Source: Pseudomonadota bacterium
GTDB lineage: Bacteria > Pseudomonadota > Gammaproteobacteria > Halothiobacillales > Halothiobacillaceae
Assembly: GCA_040756355.1 (NCBI GenBank)
Contig: JBFLZK010000020.1
Span: 73,379-137,378 of the forward strand
Direction: 5' to 3'
Length of the DNA stretch: 64,000 nt
Shown here piece after piece: positions 37,795 to 48,482 of this stretch. The notes beneath the pieces were generated by a model. The model worked only from the letters and a program-made list of their open reading frames with translations. It had not been told where the DNA came from and ran no database searches. The position numbers and the translations under genes are program-made. The number at the start of each line of letters is the position of its first letter. Position 1 is the stretch's first letter.

Positions 37795-37951
37795 TAACAG
37801 GGTGTTGAAAAAGGATTTTCAACCCTTTTTCAGCTCGCATCGCCGCAGCTCATGCCATCGATGATTCATAAGTATCAATCGTTTAGATCGATTAATTGAA
37901 ATGCCCGATGCAAAGCCATGACACAGAGGGCTTTTGAACAGGTACTTTTAG
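37795..37951. repeat. Degenerate MITE-like element with IHF site
   Basis: Left end CAGGGTGTTGAAAAAG, partial inverse GCTTTTGAACAGG near 37930, IHF consensus TATCAAtcgtTTA 37873-37885. Confidence 0.4.
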
Positions 37952-38086
37952 AACGGCCAGTGGAGCGCGATTTTCCTTTTCCCAACGGAAGAAGGTCCGC
38001 TCGTCGACGCCGCACAGCTCGGAAGCATCTTCGATGGTCAAACCTGCACCGACGAACCGTAGATCGCGGATCGTGGTGCCAGTCAC
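37892..38086 (-). pseudogene. Truncated XRE-type HTH gene resembling filamentous-phage regulators
   Basis: DLRFVGAGLTIEDASELCGVDERTFFRWEKENRAP; ~90 bp from dif; its 3' end runs into the MITE-like repeat. Confidence 0.55.
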
Positions 38087-38174
38087 ACTGACAGATAATG
38101 CACCGCGCCATGTGCTGACGCGAGGGGAATCCTGTTTTTTATCAATCCCTTGCGTGCGATCTACACCCTCCTTG

Positions 38175-38202
38175 ATTGCGCATAATGGATATTATGTTAA
38201 AT
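38175..38202 (+). other. dif: dif site (XerCD chromosome dimer resolution)
   Basis: ATTGCGCATAA-TGGATA-TTATGTTAAAT; XerD arm identical to E. coli dif, XerC arm 9/11; KOPS polarity flips here. Confidence 0.95.
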
Positions 38203-38243
38203 GATGGAGTAATCCACGTACGGCAGACCAGAAATACACGTCC

Positions 38244-38657
38244 CTACCGCTGCATATGCCCCGGAAAGCCTCGGGCGCGTCGTGGTGGTGTTTCGCCTAT
38301 CTCGGTGCGATGAGCGCCAATTTCCGAACGATAACGCCCGATGTGCTGACTCTCTCGCGGTTGTGTCTCTGCAGATGGGCGTCCATGCTCAGTCATGCGA
38401 TTTTGGATTTCGCGCCTTTTTTCACGAATAAGCCGCTCACGCGCAAGATCCTTGGAGATGGCTTGCATTTCCTGGGTGACGCGCTTGGCTTGCTTCTCGC
38501 CCTCCGCGGATGGCTGAACGACGTTTGGGCGCACTATGGAAGCCGATGGACCGCAGGTTTCATCGCTGAATGTCGTCACGCCATTGCGTGTACATGTGTA
38601 GATTTCAGCCTGGGCTGGAGCCTGGGCAAACAGCATGAGGATGAGCAAGATCGGCAC
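38244..38657 (-). CDS. DUF4124-like exported protein
   Basis: Signal peptide then AEIYTCTRNGVTTFSDETC, followed by a charged helical region. Confidence 0.65.
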   Translation of the reverse strand: MPILLILMLFAQAPAQAEIYTCTRNGVTTFSDETCGPSASIVRPNVVQPSAEGEKQAKRVTQEMQAISKDLARERLIREKRREIQNRMTEHGRPSAETQPRESQHIGRYRSEIGAHRTEIGETPPRRARGFPGHMQR

Positions 38658-39142
38658 AGTCGAGCATCCTTTCTCGAAGAAGAGCGGTCATTTTCTCCTT
38701 GTCGCATACGGTACGCAAAAAATGGCCTTGATGGCTGACTGTTCGACGAAAGTGTTTGGGCAGTCCAAAAGGCACCCTCTCCCCTGGCGAGTTCTCGAAG
38801 ACCGACATAGGCAAGACGTCAACCCCCGGTGCGCACCACGACCATCAGCCCAGGGGCGAACCTACTACGGATGACAACACCCGCGGGAACGGCATCCGCG
38901 CCGCGAACGCCTCTGGCGTGGATGCGGGAGGGAGTAAGAAGACGGAAAGAGGGAAAAGCCGCGTTTTAGTCGGGTGCAAGGCCGGGAAAGATTTCGAAGC
39001 GCTGTTCCCTCTCTCAAGGTTCACCCCAAGCCCGGCGCGCTCCTTCACTCGTGCGCCTTAACTACACCTTATCCGAACAGCTGACCTTGATGGGGCGTTT
39101 TCATCGGATACGCCCCCGGCCAGATCGGGCTTTCGGAGCTCA

Positions 39143-41230
39143 TCAGGCATCGAGCCCCTTCATCGAAAGCCGCATTTTGCCTTGCTTGTCAACTTCGAGA
39201 ACCTTGACCTTGATCATCTGCCCTTCCTCAAGGAAGTCTGCGACGTTTTCCACGCGCTGTTCAGCAATCTGGGAGATGTGGAGCAAGCCGTCCTTGCCCG
39301 GGAGAATGTTCACGAAGGCGCCGAATTCAACGATTTTCACGACCTTTCCTTCGTAGATGCGTCCAACTTCCACATCGGCAGTGATCAGTTCGATGCGGCG
39401 GCGAGCCTCGTCGCCGCCTTCCTTGCTGGTGCAGGCGATGGTGATGGCGCCGTCGTCGCTGATGTCGATGCTGGTGCCGGTTTCCTTGGTCAGTGCCTGG
39501 ATGGTCGCCCCGCCCTTGCCGATCACTTCGCGGATCTTGTCGGTCGGGATGCGGAAGGTGATGAAACGCGGCGCATGTTCGGAAACATCCTCGCGCGGCT
39601 TGGACAGGCCCGCGTTCATGATGCCGAGGATGTGCATGCGCCCTTCCCGGGCCTGTTTGAGCGCGATGTCCATGATCTCGCGGGTGATGCCGTTGATCTT
39701 GATGTCCATTTGCAGTGCGGTGACGCCCTGCTCCGTGCCCGCGACCTTGAAGTCCATGTCGCCGAGATGGTCTTCGTCGCCGAGAATATCGGACAGCACG
39801 GCGAACTTTTCACCTTCCTTGATGAGGCCCATGGCAATGCCCGCGACCTGCGCCTTGAGGGGTACGCCAGCATCCATCATGGCGAGCGAGGAGCCGCACA
39901 CGGTGGCCATGGAACTGGAGCCGTTGGATTCGGTGATTTCGGACACCACGCGCATGACATACGGGAAGTGCGCCTGGTCAGGAAGTACCGCGCTCACGCC
40001 ACGCTTGGCGAGGTTGCCGTGGCCAATCTCCCGGCGCTTGGGTGCGCCAAAGCGCCCGGTTTCGCCGACGGAAAACGGCGGGAAATTGTAATGCAGCATG
40101 AAGGGCTCTTTGCGTTCCCCTTCGATGGCGTCAATCAGTTGCGCATCGCGCGCGGTGCCAAGGGTGGCGACGACCAGAGCCTGGGTTTCGCCGCGGGTGA
40201 ACAGCGCAGAGCCATGAACCCGCGGCAGGATGCCGGTTTTCACGCTAATCGGGCGGATGCTGCGGGTGTCGCGCCCGTCGATGCGGGATTCGCCATTGAT
40301 GATGCGGGTGCGGACGATCTCGGACTCCAGGGCGAACAGGATGTCGTTCACCGCGTGCGCATCGGCGCGCGGAGTTTCTCCGCCGGTGAAGTGCTCAACG
40401 GCGGCAGCACGGATTTCGCCGGTGCGGGCGTAGCGCTGCTGCTTGACGGTGATGCGATAGGCGTCGGCCAGATCGGGCTCTGCGAAGGCGCGTACTTCAG
40501 CGATCAAGGCTTCATCCTTGGCTGGGGTCTGCCAGTTCCACGGCTCCGCACCCGCTTCGAGGGCAAAGGTGGTGATTGCATCAATGGCGATCTGCATCTG
40601 CTCATGACCGAACACGACCGCGCCGAGCATGATCTCTTCGGAAAGCTCGCGTGCTTCGGATTCCACCATCATCACCGCATCACGAGTGCCGGCCACCACA
40701 AGGTCGAGCTGGGAGGACTGAAGGGTGGCGCGGCCCGGATTGAGCAGGTAGCCGCTGCCATCGTAACCCACTCGCACCGCACCGATCGGCCCCTGGAACG
40801 GAACGCCAGAGAGGGCCAGGGCGGCGGACGCGCCGAGCATGGCGGGGATGTCGGCTGGCATGTCCGGGTCATTCGCATGTACGACAGCGATTATCTGGAC
40901 TTCGTTGTAGAAGCCTTCTGGAAAGAGCGGGCGCAGCGGGCGATCGATCAGGCGCGCAGTCAGGATTTCGTGTTCCTGTGCCTGACCTTCACGCTTCTTG
41001 AAGCCGCCGGGGATGCGACCAGTGGCGTAGTAACGCTCCTGGTAATCGACGGTCAGCGGGAAGAAATCCTGGCCGGGACGCGCTTCTTTCTCCGCCACCA
41101 CAGTGACCAGCACCACGGTATCCCCCATACGCACCAGAACGGCGCCGCTGGCTTGGCGGGCGATTTCGCCGGTTTCGAGGGTGACGGCATGGCCGCCGTA
41201 CTGGAAGGTCTTGGTGGTGGGCTTGATCAC
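39143..41230 (-). CDS. pnp: Polyribonucleotide nucleotidyltransferase
   Basis: [46 protein letters not shown] and S1 domains; GTG start 41230. Confidence 0.98.
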   Translation of the reverse strand: MIKPTTKTFQYGGHAVTLETGEIARQASGAVLVRMGDTVVLVTVVAEKEARPGQDFFPLTVDYQERYYATGRIPGGFKKREGQAQEHEILTARLIDRPLRPLFPEGFYNEVQIIAVVHANDPDMPADIPAMLGASAALALSGVPFQGPIGAVRVGYDGSGYLLNPGRATLQSSQLDLVVAGTRDAVMMVESEARELSEEIMLGAVVFGHEQMQIAIDAITTFALEAGAEPWNWQTPAKDEALIAEVRAFAEPDLADAYRITVKQQRYARTGEIRAAAVEHFTGGETPRADAHAVNDILFALESEIVRTRIINGESRIDGRDTRSIRPISVKTGILPRVHGSALFTRGETQALVVATLGTARDAQLIDAIEGERKEPFMLHYNFPPFSVGETGRFGAPKRREIGHGNLAKRGVSAVLPDQAHFPYVMRVVSEITESNGSSSMATVCGSSLAMMDAGVPLKAQVAGIAMGLIKEGEKFAVLSDILGDEDHLGDMDFKVAGTEQGVTALQMDIKINGITREIMDIALKQAREGRMHILGIMNAGLSKPREDVSEHAPRFITFRIPTDKIREVIGKGGATIQALTKETGTSIDISDDGAITIACTSKEGGDEARRRIELITADVEVGRIYEGKVVKIVEFGAFVNILPGKDGLLHISQIAEQRVENVADFLEEGQMIKVKVLEVDKQGKMRLSMKGLDA

Positions 41231-41299
41231 GGTGGTTTTTCCCTTGCGTACGAAAACGACAGGCTTGAAGAGAGCATCCTCTCCGAGCCGCAAACAGGA

Positions 41300-41331
41300 C
41301 GAAGGCGCCGGGCATGCACCCAGCGCCTTCG
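41300..41331 (-). terminator. Hairpin between rpsO and pnp (terminator or processing stem)
   Basis: CGAAGGCGC...GCGCCTTCG inverted repeat; weak U-tract. Confidence 0.45.
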
Positions 41332-41397
41332 CGTGGGGAGGCCTACCCTCCCCTGGCGTTCATGACCAAGGCCACTGAACGCATGGCCATCGCGCGA

Positions 41398-41667
41398 TTA
41401 CTTGCGCAGGCCGAGCTTGCCGATCAGCGCCTGATAGCGGCTGACGTCCTTGCGCTTGAGGTAGTCCAGCAGGCTGCGGCGCTGGTTGACCAGGCGGATC
41501 AGGCCACGGCGGGAGTGGTTGTCCTGCTTGTGGGTGGCAAAGTGCTCGGTCAGTTGAACGATGCGGTGAGTGATGAGGGCAACCTGGACTTCGGTGGAAC
41601 CGGTGTCCTTGCCGTCACGGCCGAACTCGGCAACGATCTTGGCTTTATCTTCTACGGTCATGGTCAT
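41398..41667 (-). CDS. rpsO: 30S ribosomal protein S15
   Basis: [13 protein letters not shown]...[11 protein letters not shown]...LGLRK; 89 aa. Confidence 0.98.
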   Translation of the reverse strand: MTMTVEDKAKIVAEFGRDGKDTGSTEVQVALITHRIVQLTEHFATHKQDNHSRRGLIRLVNQRRSLLDYLKRKDVSRYQALIGKLGLRK

Positions 41668-41742
41668 GGTGTTTGCTCCAGGGTCAAGGTTATTGGAAAC
41701 GCCCGGATCGCAGCATGTAGCCGCCATCGGGTTGAAACGCCG

Positions 41743-42678
41743 TCACAAGGCTGCGAGCAGCTTGCGCGGCGCCACCCGCCCGTCGTCAAGGACTTCCCCA
41801 AGACCCAGGAAGAGGCCGTCCGCCCCGTAGATGCGCAACCAGCCCGATGTGGGGGCGTTGGCGACGAATACGGGGTGACCGTGGCGGATGTGAAACGCGC
41901 TGTCGGCATCCAGCGTAATAGCGGAATAGCCCAGCAGCGCGGAATCGGTCGGCATGATAACACGGTCGAGGACCTCCCGCCCTTCTTCCGCGAGTTTTTG
42001 CAATGCCTCGAAGGTATACATCACGGGCTTCGACTCGGCGTTCGGCATCCACGGGCCGACGCCGGTACGGCGCAGCATGGTGACATGCGCGCCACATCCG
42101 AGCACCTCGCCGAGGTCCTCGACAAGGGTGCGCACATAGGCGCCCTTGGTGCAGCGCAGACTGAGGCAAAGCTCGTTGCCTTCGAAGCGGTCGAGAGTTA
42201 TCCAGTGGAAACGCACGCGACGAGCCTGGCGCTCGACTTCAACACCTTGCCGGGCCAGTTCGTACAAACGCCTGCCCTGATGCTTGAGCGCGCTGTACAT
42301 CGGCGGAACCTGTTCGACTTCGCCAATAAAACGCGCCACCGCGGCCTCTACTTGCGCGCGCGCGAAGCTGGGTACTGGACGCTCCTCGATCACCTCGCCG
42401 TCGGCGTCACCGGTGTCGGTTCGCTGGCCTAGGCGGGCGCAGACCGAATAGGCCTTGTCGGCCTCCAGCAGCAGGCCGGAAACGCGGGTCGCCTTGCCGA
42501 AACAGAGCGGTAGCAGACCGGTGGCGAGGGGATCCAGGCTACCCGTGTGACCGGCTTTTTCGGCCTGAAACAGACGCCGGACTTGCTGCAAGGCATGGTT
42601 GGAGCTCATGCCCTTGCCCTTGTCCAGCAGCACGATGCCGTGCAATGGCCGCCAGGTTTTCTTGCCTGTCAGGGTCAA
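41743..42678 (-). CDS. truB: tRNA pseudouridine(55) synthase
   Basis: KAGHTGSLDPLATG, QVPPMYSALK, CTKGAYVRTL. Confidence 0.97.
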   Translation of the reverse strand: MTLTGKKTWRPLHGIVLLDKGKGMSSNHALQQVRRLFQAEKAGHTGSLDPLATGLLPLCFGKATRVSGLLLEADKAYSVCARLGQRTDTGDADGEVIEERPVPSFARAQVEAAVARFIGEVEQVPPMYSALKHQGRRLYELARQGVEVERQARRVRFHWITLDRFEGNELCLSLRCTKGAYVRTLVEDLGEVLGCGAHVTMLRRTGVGPWMPNAESKPVMYTFEALQKLAEEGREVLDRVIMPTDSALLGYSAITLDADSAFHIRHGHPVFVANAPTSGWLRIYGADGLFLGLGEVLDDGRVAPRKLLAAL

Positions 42679-43100
42679 GCAGAGTCCCCGTCGCGATCAT
42701 CGCCCGTCGGAGTTTCGTCCCTGTTCGCGCCTCCATCGCCCCGCAGTTCGGCATCTCGCGCCAGGGCGGCGTTGATGACCGCGCTCATGTGAGCGCCGCG
42801 CTCGATCGACTCGTCGTAGACAAAATGCAGCTGAGGAGTGGTGCGCAGGCGCATCAGGCGTCCTAGCACACTGCGCAGCATGGGGGCGGCGCCATGGAGC
42901 ACTTCCAGGGCGACACCCTTCTGGTCGGGGTCCAGGGTGGTAAAGAAGACTTTGGCGTGCGACAGATCAGGGGAGACGCGCACGGCGGTCAACGTCAGCA
43001 TGCCGAGGCGCGTGTCACGCACCTCGTCACGGATGAGTTGGGCCAGTTCGCGCTGGATCTGGTCGGCCACGCGCTGGTGGCGTGGAACGATGCGGGCCAT
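42675..43100 (-). CDS. rbfA: Ribosome-binding factor A
   Basis: RVADQIQRELA, VSPDLSHAKVF, PQLHFVYDESIERG. Confidence 0.97.
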   Translation of the reverse strand: MARIVPRHQRVADQIQRELAQLIRDEVRDTRLGMLTLTAVRVSPDLSHAKVFFTTLDPDQKGVALEVLHGAAPMLRSVLGRLMRLRTTPQLHFVYDESIERGAHMSAVINAALARDAELRGDGGANRDETPTGDDRDGDSA

Positions 43101-43109
43101 GCTTGTTCC

Positions 43110-45656
43110 TTACAGGGTTCGCGCGACTTCGACGCGCTCGTAGCACTCGATCTGATCACCCGGGCGCACATCGTTGTAGTTCTTCACCGCGATGCCGCAC
43201 TCGAAGCCGTCGCGCACTTCCTGAACGTCGTCCTTGAAGCGGCGCAGGGACTCCAGTTCGCCGGTGTAAATGACCACGTTGTCGCGCAGAACCCGGATCG
43301 GGTTGCCGCGCTTGACCACGCCTTCGACCACCTTGCAGCCCGCCACCGCGCCGAACTTCGGCGATTTGAACACATCGCGCACTTCGGCGGTGCCGATGAT
43401 GCGCTCATGAGTCTCGGTGCCGAGCAGGCCTGTCATGGCTTGTTTTACGTCATCCAGCATCTCGTAGATGATGCTGTAGTAACGCACCTGCACACCCTGC
43501 CCTTCGGCCAGTCGGCGCGCGCCTCCGTCGGCGCGCACGTTGAAGCCGATGACCACGGCACTGGAGGCCACGGCCAGGTTGATGTCGGACTCAGTGATCC
43601 CGCCGACGCCAGTGGCGACCACGTTGACCTTCACATCCTCGGTGGAGAGCTTGACCAATGCATCGCGGATGGCCTCGGAGGAGCCCTGCACATCGGCCTT
43701 GACCAGAACGTTGAGGGTAGCGGTCTCGCCTTCCTTCATCTGATCGAACAGGTTTTCCAGCTTGGCGGCCTGCTGGGTCGCAAGCTTGCCCTCCCGGGCC
43801 TTGGTCTGGCGATGCAGGGCCATGTCACGGGCCTTGCGCTCTTCGTCCATGACCAGGAAATCGTCACCCGCGTTCGGTGTGCCGGACAAGCCGAGGATCA
43901 CAGCCGGGATGGAGGGCCCCGCGGATTCGATCGGCTTGCCGTTCTCATCCAGCAGTGCGCGCACGCGGCCATATTCGGTTCCCGCAAGGACAATATCGCC
44001 CTTGCGCAGCGTTCCGCCGCGGACAAGCAGCGTAGCGACCGGGCCGCGGCCCTTGTCCAGAGTGGATTCGATCACGGTGCCGCGCGCAGGGCCTTCTTCG
44101 CTCGCTTTCAACTCCAGGACTTCAGCCTGGATCAGAATGGCATCCAGAAGGTCGTCAATGCCCTGTCCGGTCTTGGCGGATATGTTGACGAACTGCGTAT
44201 CGCCGCCCCAGTCCTCGGGGATGACGGAGAGCTGGACCAGCTCGTTGCGTACCCGATCCGGGTCCGCGTTGGCCTTGTCGATCTTGTTGACCGCCACAAC
44301 CAGCGGTACACCGGCGGCCTTGGCGTGGGTGATGGCTTCCCTGGTGGTCGGCATGACGCCGTCGTCGGCGGCGACCACAAGGATGACGATATCGGTCAGC
44401 TTGGCGCCACGGGCGCGCATGGCGGTAAACGCCTCGTGGCCCGGGGTGTCGAGGAAGGTGATGACGCCCTTGCCGGTTTCCACATGGTAGGCGCCGATGT
44501 GCTGGGTGATGCCACCCGCCTCACCTGCGGCAACCTTGGCGCGACGGATGTAATCCAGCAGCGAAGTTTTGCCGTGGTCAACGTGCCCCATCACGGTGAT
44601 GATCGGCGCGCGGGTGATGAGAGCACCCTCCGGGACGGAGGCCATCAGTTCGGCTTCCAGATCGGACTCGGTCAGCGGCTTGGCGACGTGCCCCATTTCC
44701 TCGACGACAAGGATTGCAGTGTCCTGGTCGATGGATTGGTTGATGGTGGCCATCACACCCATGCCGAACAGGGTCTTGACCACATCGACGGCCTTGACGG
44801 CCATTTTGTTGGCAAGGTCGGCAACGGTGATGGTTTCCGGGATGCTGACTTCATGCACGACCGGGGCAGTCGGCATTTCGAAGCCGTGTCGTTGCTGTCC
44901 TTGCTGACCCTTGGCCTGCGGCTTGCCCCGACGGGATCCTCCCCCCATTCGGCGCCCGCCATCGGCATCGATGCCCGCACGTCCACCCCGTCCCTCGTCG
45001 CGACGACCGCGCGCGGGTGCGCCACGCGGTTTTTCTTCGACTGCGGGGCGACGCGGCGGCTTGACCTCTTCAACCGGGCGGGTGCGGGGCTTGGGAGCCT
45101 CTTCGGGCTGCGCGGCGGCAGGTGCTGCCGGAGCAGCATCCGCTTTCGACGGTTCGGCATTGGCGCGGAGCGCATCCTCTTCGGACTGGCGGCGCGCTTC
45201 TTCTTCGGCGGCCTTTCGACGCGCCGCTTCCTCCTCCTGAACGCGACGAGCGTCTTCCTCGGCCTTGCGACGAGCCTCTTCCTCGGCTCGCAGGCGCGCG
45301 GCCAGTTGCTCAGCCTGCGATTCAACGCCCTTGCCCGCGTCTTCAGTTGCAGCACGCTGCACGTAAGTGCGTTTCTTGCGGTACTCGACGTTGACGGTCG
45401 AGGATTTGCCTGGCGCGCCGGCTGGAACCTTCAATTCCTCCTGGCTGCGGCGCTTGAGCGTGATGCGGGACGGTTGCGCGGCCCCGGCGTCCTTGCCATG
45501 GCTGGCGCGCAGATGGGTCAGCAGCTTGAGCTTGTCTTCATCGCTGATGACGGCATCCGGGCCGCTGGCGCTGACGCCGGCGTCCTTGAGCTGTTCAAGC
45601 AGGCGATCGACCGGGGTTTTCACCTGGTCGGCGAGTTGTCTGACGGTTTGGGACAT
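43110..45656 (-). CDS. infB: Translation initiation factor IF-2
   Basis: [35 protein letters not shown]. Confidence 0.98.
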   Translation of the reverse strand: MSQTVRQLADQVKTPVDRLLEQLKDAGVSASGPDAVISDEDKLKLLTHLRASHGKDAGAAQPSRITLKRRSQEELKVPAGAPGKSSTVNVEYRKKRTYVQRAATEDAGKGVESQAEQLAARLRAEEEARRKAEEDARRVQEEEAARRKAAEEEARRQSEEDALRANAEPSKADAAPAAPAAAQPEEAPKPRTRPVEEVKPPRRPAVEEKPRGAPARGRRDEGRGGRAGIDADGGRRMGGGSRRGKPQAKGQQGQQRHGFEMPTAPVVHEVSIPETITVADLANKMAVKAVDVVKTLFGMGVMATINQSIDQDTAILVVEEMGHVAKPLTESDLEAELMASVPEGALITRAPIITVMGHVDHGKTSLLDYIRRAKVAAGEAGGITQHIGAYHVETGKGVITFLDTPGHEAFTAMRARGAKLTDIVILVVAADDGVMPTTREAITHAKAAGVPLVVAVNKIDKANADPDRVRNELVQLSVIPEDWGGDTQFVNISAKTGQGIDDLLDAILIQAEVLELKASEEGPARGTVIESTLDKGRGPVATLLVRGGTLRKGDIVLAGTEYGRVRALLDENGKPIESAGPSIPAVILGLSGTPNAGDDFLVMDEERKARDMALHRQTKAREGKLATQQAAKLENLFDQMKEGETATLNVLVKADVQGSSEAIRDALVKLSTEDVKVNVVATGVGGITESDINLAVASSAVVIGFNVRADGGARRLAEGQGVQVRYYSIIYEMLDDVKQAMTGLLGTETHERIIGTAEVRDVFKSPKFGAVAGCKVVEGVVKRGNPIRVLRDNVVIYTGELESLRRFKDDVQEVRDGFECGIAVKNYNDVRPGDQIECYERVEVARTL

Positions 45657-45721
45657 GGGTCCTCCCGTAAAATTCCTGATAATTCAGGCAAATAGGCAAT
45701 AATTCAAACGTGTCGCAAGGT

Positions 45722-47206
45722 TCACTTGAACCAGGGCGCGCGTGCTTCAACGATCAGGCGACTGGCGGTTTCTTCATCGATACCGGCCATCTCGGCAAGC
45801 TCGTCGGTCGCCATTTCGGCCACGTCTTCGGAGTTCTTGATGCCATGGGCCTCCAGCTTGGCAGCGATCTCGTCGGTCATGCTGGCGAGTTCGCTCAATG
45901 CCAGCGCTTCGGCGACGACGACTTCCTCACTCTCCTCCGTGGCGATGGCACGCGTCAGCAATGCGTCACGAGCGCGGTTGCGCAAGGCCTCGACGGTTTC
46001 CTCGTCAAAGGCTTCGATTTCGAGGAATTCTGCGATCGGGACGTAGGCAATCTCTTCCAGGCTGGAGAAGCCCTCCTCAACCAGCAGAGCGGCGACTTCC
46101 TCATCCACGTCCAGCGCCTCCATGAAGGTCTTGACGATGCGCTGGGCCTCGGCCTCGCTCTTCGCGGTAGCCTCTTCCTGGGTCATCACGTTCAGACGCC
46201 AGCCGGTGAGCTGGCTCGCCAGGCGCACGTTCTGACCACCGCGCCCAATGGCCTGGGAAAGCTTCTCCTCGGTAACCGCGATGTCCATGGTGTGGGTATC
46301 TTCGTCAACCACCACGGACACGACTTCTGCCGGGGACATGGCGTTGATGACGAACTGCACGGGGTTTTCGTCCCAGACGATGATGTCCACGCGCTCGCCG
46401 GCGATCTCGTTGGTGACCGACTGGACGCGCGAACCGCGCATGCCGACGCAGGCCCCGACCGGATCGAGGCGCTGGTCCAGCGCCTTGACCGCGATCTTGG
46501 CGCGCGAGCCAGGATCGCGGGCGGCGCCCATGATCTGGATCATGCCCTGGCCGACTTCCGGCACTTCCAGCTTGAACAGCTCGATCAGGAATTCCGGCGC
46601 GGTGCGGCTGCCAAACAGCAGCGGGCCGCGCGGCTCCATGCGCACGTCGCGCAGCCAGCAGCGCAGGCGGTCGCCGCCACGTACCATCTCGCGCGGGATC
46701 ATTTCGTCACGGCCAATGAAGACCTCGATGTTGTTGCCCATATCGAGGATCACGTTGCCGCGCTCGACACGTTTGACAGTGCCAAGGATCAGGTTGCCCT
46801 TGCGATCGATGTAGGCATCGACGACCTGCTGGCGCTCCGCCTCGCGCACCTTCTGCACGATCACCTGCTTGGCGGCCTGGGCTGCGATGCGCCCGAATTC
46901 GATGGACTCGATTTCCTCTTCGACGAAGTCGCCTGGCTGGATGGTCGGATCATCAAGGCGGGCCGCCTCAAGGATCATTTCGCGCTCGGGGTTCTCGCTG
47001 GTCTCACCTTCAACCACCAGCCAGCGGCGGTAGGTCTGGTAGCTGCCGCTGGTGCGGTCAATGGCCACGCGAACGTCAATGTCGCCGCCGTGACGCTTGC
47101 GCGTGGCGGAGGCCAGAGCGGCCTCAATAGCTTCGAAGATCACGTTCTTTGCGACGCCCTTCTCGTTGGAAACGGCATCAACGACGTAGAGGATTTCTTT
47201 GTTCAT
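45722..47206 (-). CDS. nusA: Transcription termination/antitermination factor NusA
   Basis: [57 protein letters not shown]. Confidence 0.98.
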   Translation of the reverse strand: MNKEILYVVDAVSNEKGVAKNVIFEAIEAALASATRKRHGGDIDVRVAIDRTSGSYQTYRRWLVVEGETSENPEREMILEAARLDDPTIQPGDFVEEEIESIEFGRIAAQAAKQVIVQKVREAERQQVVDAYIDRKGNLILGTVKRVERGNVILDMGNNIEVFIGRDEMIPREMVRGGDRLRCWLRDVRMEPRGPLLFGSRTAPEFLIELFKLEVPEVGQGMIQIMGAARDPGSRAKIAVKALDQRLDPVGACVGMRGSRVQSVTNEIAGERVDIIVWDENPVQFVINAMSPAEVVSVVVDEDTHTMDIAVTEEKLSQAIGRGGQNVRLASQLTGWRLNVMTQEEATAKSEAEAQRIVKTFMEALDVDEEVAALLVEEGFSSLEEIAYVPIAEFLEIEAFDEETVEALRNRARDALLTRAIATEESEEVVVAEALALSELASMTDEIAAKLEAHGIKNSEDVAEMATDELAEMAGIDEETASRLIVEARAPWFK

Positions 47207-47224
47207 GTACGCAGCCTTTGGGGC

Positions 47225-47758
47225 TTAGAAAACAGGGTCAAGGTGGGCCTTGTCGATGTCCGCGTAGGGCAGACGGACCGGGCCGGTATCGGTTTCGAGC
47301 AGGATATCCCCACCCTCGACGCCCGCGAGGACGCCGATGAAATTACGTTGCGGCCTGCCGCCTTCCACCGCCGGGGCCGAGCCGGGCAAGGGGTGCGAGA
47401 GGCGGATGCGGGCGCGCTCTCCGTTGAAGCGACTGAAGTCCTCCATACGGAACAACGGGCGATCCAGCCCCGGCGAGGAGACTTCCAGCGTGTACTTGCC
47501 TGGAATGGGATCTTCCACGTCCAGAATGGCGCTGACCGCGTGGCTCATGTCCGCGCAATCGTCAATGGTGACGCCGCCCAGTTCGGGCGAGGCTTCCGCG
47601 CCGATGCGGTCAATGTACAACCGCACCCGAGCGCGCGAGCCCGGCTGGTATTCCACGCCGATCAGCACCAGGCCCAGACCCTCGGCCACCGGGGCGAGCA
47701 TCTCGGTCAGGTTGTAGGGGTCCTGGCGCATCGGACCGGTCATGTTGGCAAGGCTCAT
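47225..47758 (-). CDS. rimP: Ribosome maturation factor RimP (start 47758 or 47731)
   Basis: RLYID, VTIDDC, LDVEDPI, YTLEVSSPGLDRPL. Confidence 0.95.
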   Translation of the reverse strand: MSLANMTGPMRQDPYNLTEMLAPVAEGLGLVLIGVEYQPGSRARVRLYIDRIGAEASPELGGVTIDDCADMSHAVSAILDVEDPIPGKYTLEVSSPGLDRPLFRMEDFSRFNGERARIRLSHPLPGSAPAVEGGRPQRNFIGVLAGVEGGDILLETDTGPVRLPYADIDKAHLDPVF

Positions 47759-47780
47759 GCCTGGCGTTTCCTGGGCGTAA

Positions 47781-47808
47781 CCAATAAAAAAGGCCCTCAA
47801 AGGGCCCG
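47781..47808 (-). promoter_or_regulatory. rimP leader terminator-like hairpin
   Basis: Minus strand GGGCCCT-TTG-AGGGCC-TTTTTTATTGG just upstream of rimP, like the conserved gammaproteobacterial rimP leader. Confidence 0.7.
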
Positions 47809-47900
47809 GACGAGCGCGGCTTGACTGCCGCATCGACAAGCGGCCTGCCGTGGCTAGGCGCTTGAAGGTGCGCGCATTTTACGCGCCGGGATACCCTTGG

Positions 47901-48482
47901 TCAATGGCGCGAGGACTCGACGGGACCGAAGGCCGCGCGCAAGTAGGCGACCATGGACCAGAGGGTCATGATGGCGGCCAGGTAAAGCAGGACCATGCCG
48001 ATCTCGAAGGTTGGCAAGCCCAGCAAGGGATGGAAATACAGCAAGGCGAAAATGGCCATCATCTGCAGGATGGTCTTGATCTTGCCAAGGCTTGAAACCG
48101 CGACCTTGCGCCGTTCGCCAATTTCCGCCATCCATTCCCGCAAGGCGGAGATGGCAATCTCGCGACCGATGATGACAATGGCGGGAGTCGTGAGCAGAAG
48201 ACCATGCTCGGCTCCGTGTTCGGCGACCAGCAGAACCAGAGCCGCAGCCACCATCAGTTTGTCCGCCACGGGGTCCAGAAAGGCGCCGAAGCGCGATTGC
48301 TGGTTGAGCTTGCGCGCAAGCCAGCCATCCACCGCATCGGTGATGGCCGCCAGCGCGAAAATCAGTGCGGCGAGCGGAAACGCCCAGGGATAAGGCAGGT
48401 AGAACACCACGATGAACAGAGGAATCATGCCGATCCGTAGCCAGGTCAGAATATTGGGCACATTGAGAGGCATGCTGTTCAT
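47901..48482 (-). CDS. pgsA: CDP-diacylglycerol--glycerol-3-phosphate 3-phosphatidyltransferase
   Basis: NVPNILTWLR, TDAVDGWLAR...FGAFLDPVADK, REIAISALREWMA. Confidence 0.97.
   Translation of the reverse strand: MNSMPLNVPNILTWLRIGMIPLFIVVFYLPYPWAFPLAALIFALAAITDAVDGWLARKLNQQSRFGAFLDPVADKLMVAAALVLLVAEHGAEHGLLLTTPAIVIIGREIAISALREWMAEIGERRKVAVSSLGKIKTILQMMAIFALLYFHPLLGLPTFEIGMVLLYLAAIMTLWSMVAYLRAAFGPVESSRH

Noticed and set aside
37790-39140. CRISPR array, integron cassette or riboswitch near dif
   Set aside because: No regularly spaced direct repeats, no attC pattern or integrase, and no convincing riboswitch consensus seen.
39182-47824. Long + strand ORFs (727, 372, 933, 704 aa)
   Set aside because: Antisense shadows of pnp, rpsO/truB, infB and nusA/rimP caused by high-GC codon bias; no recognisable motifs.
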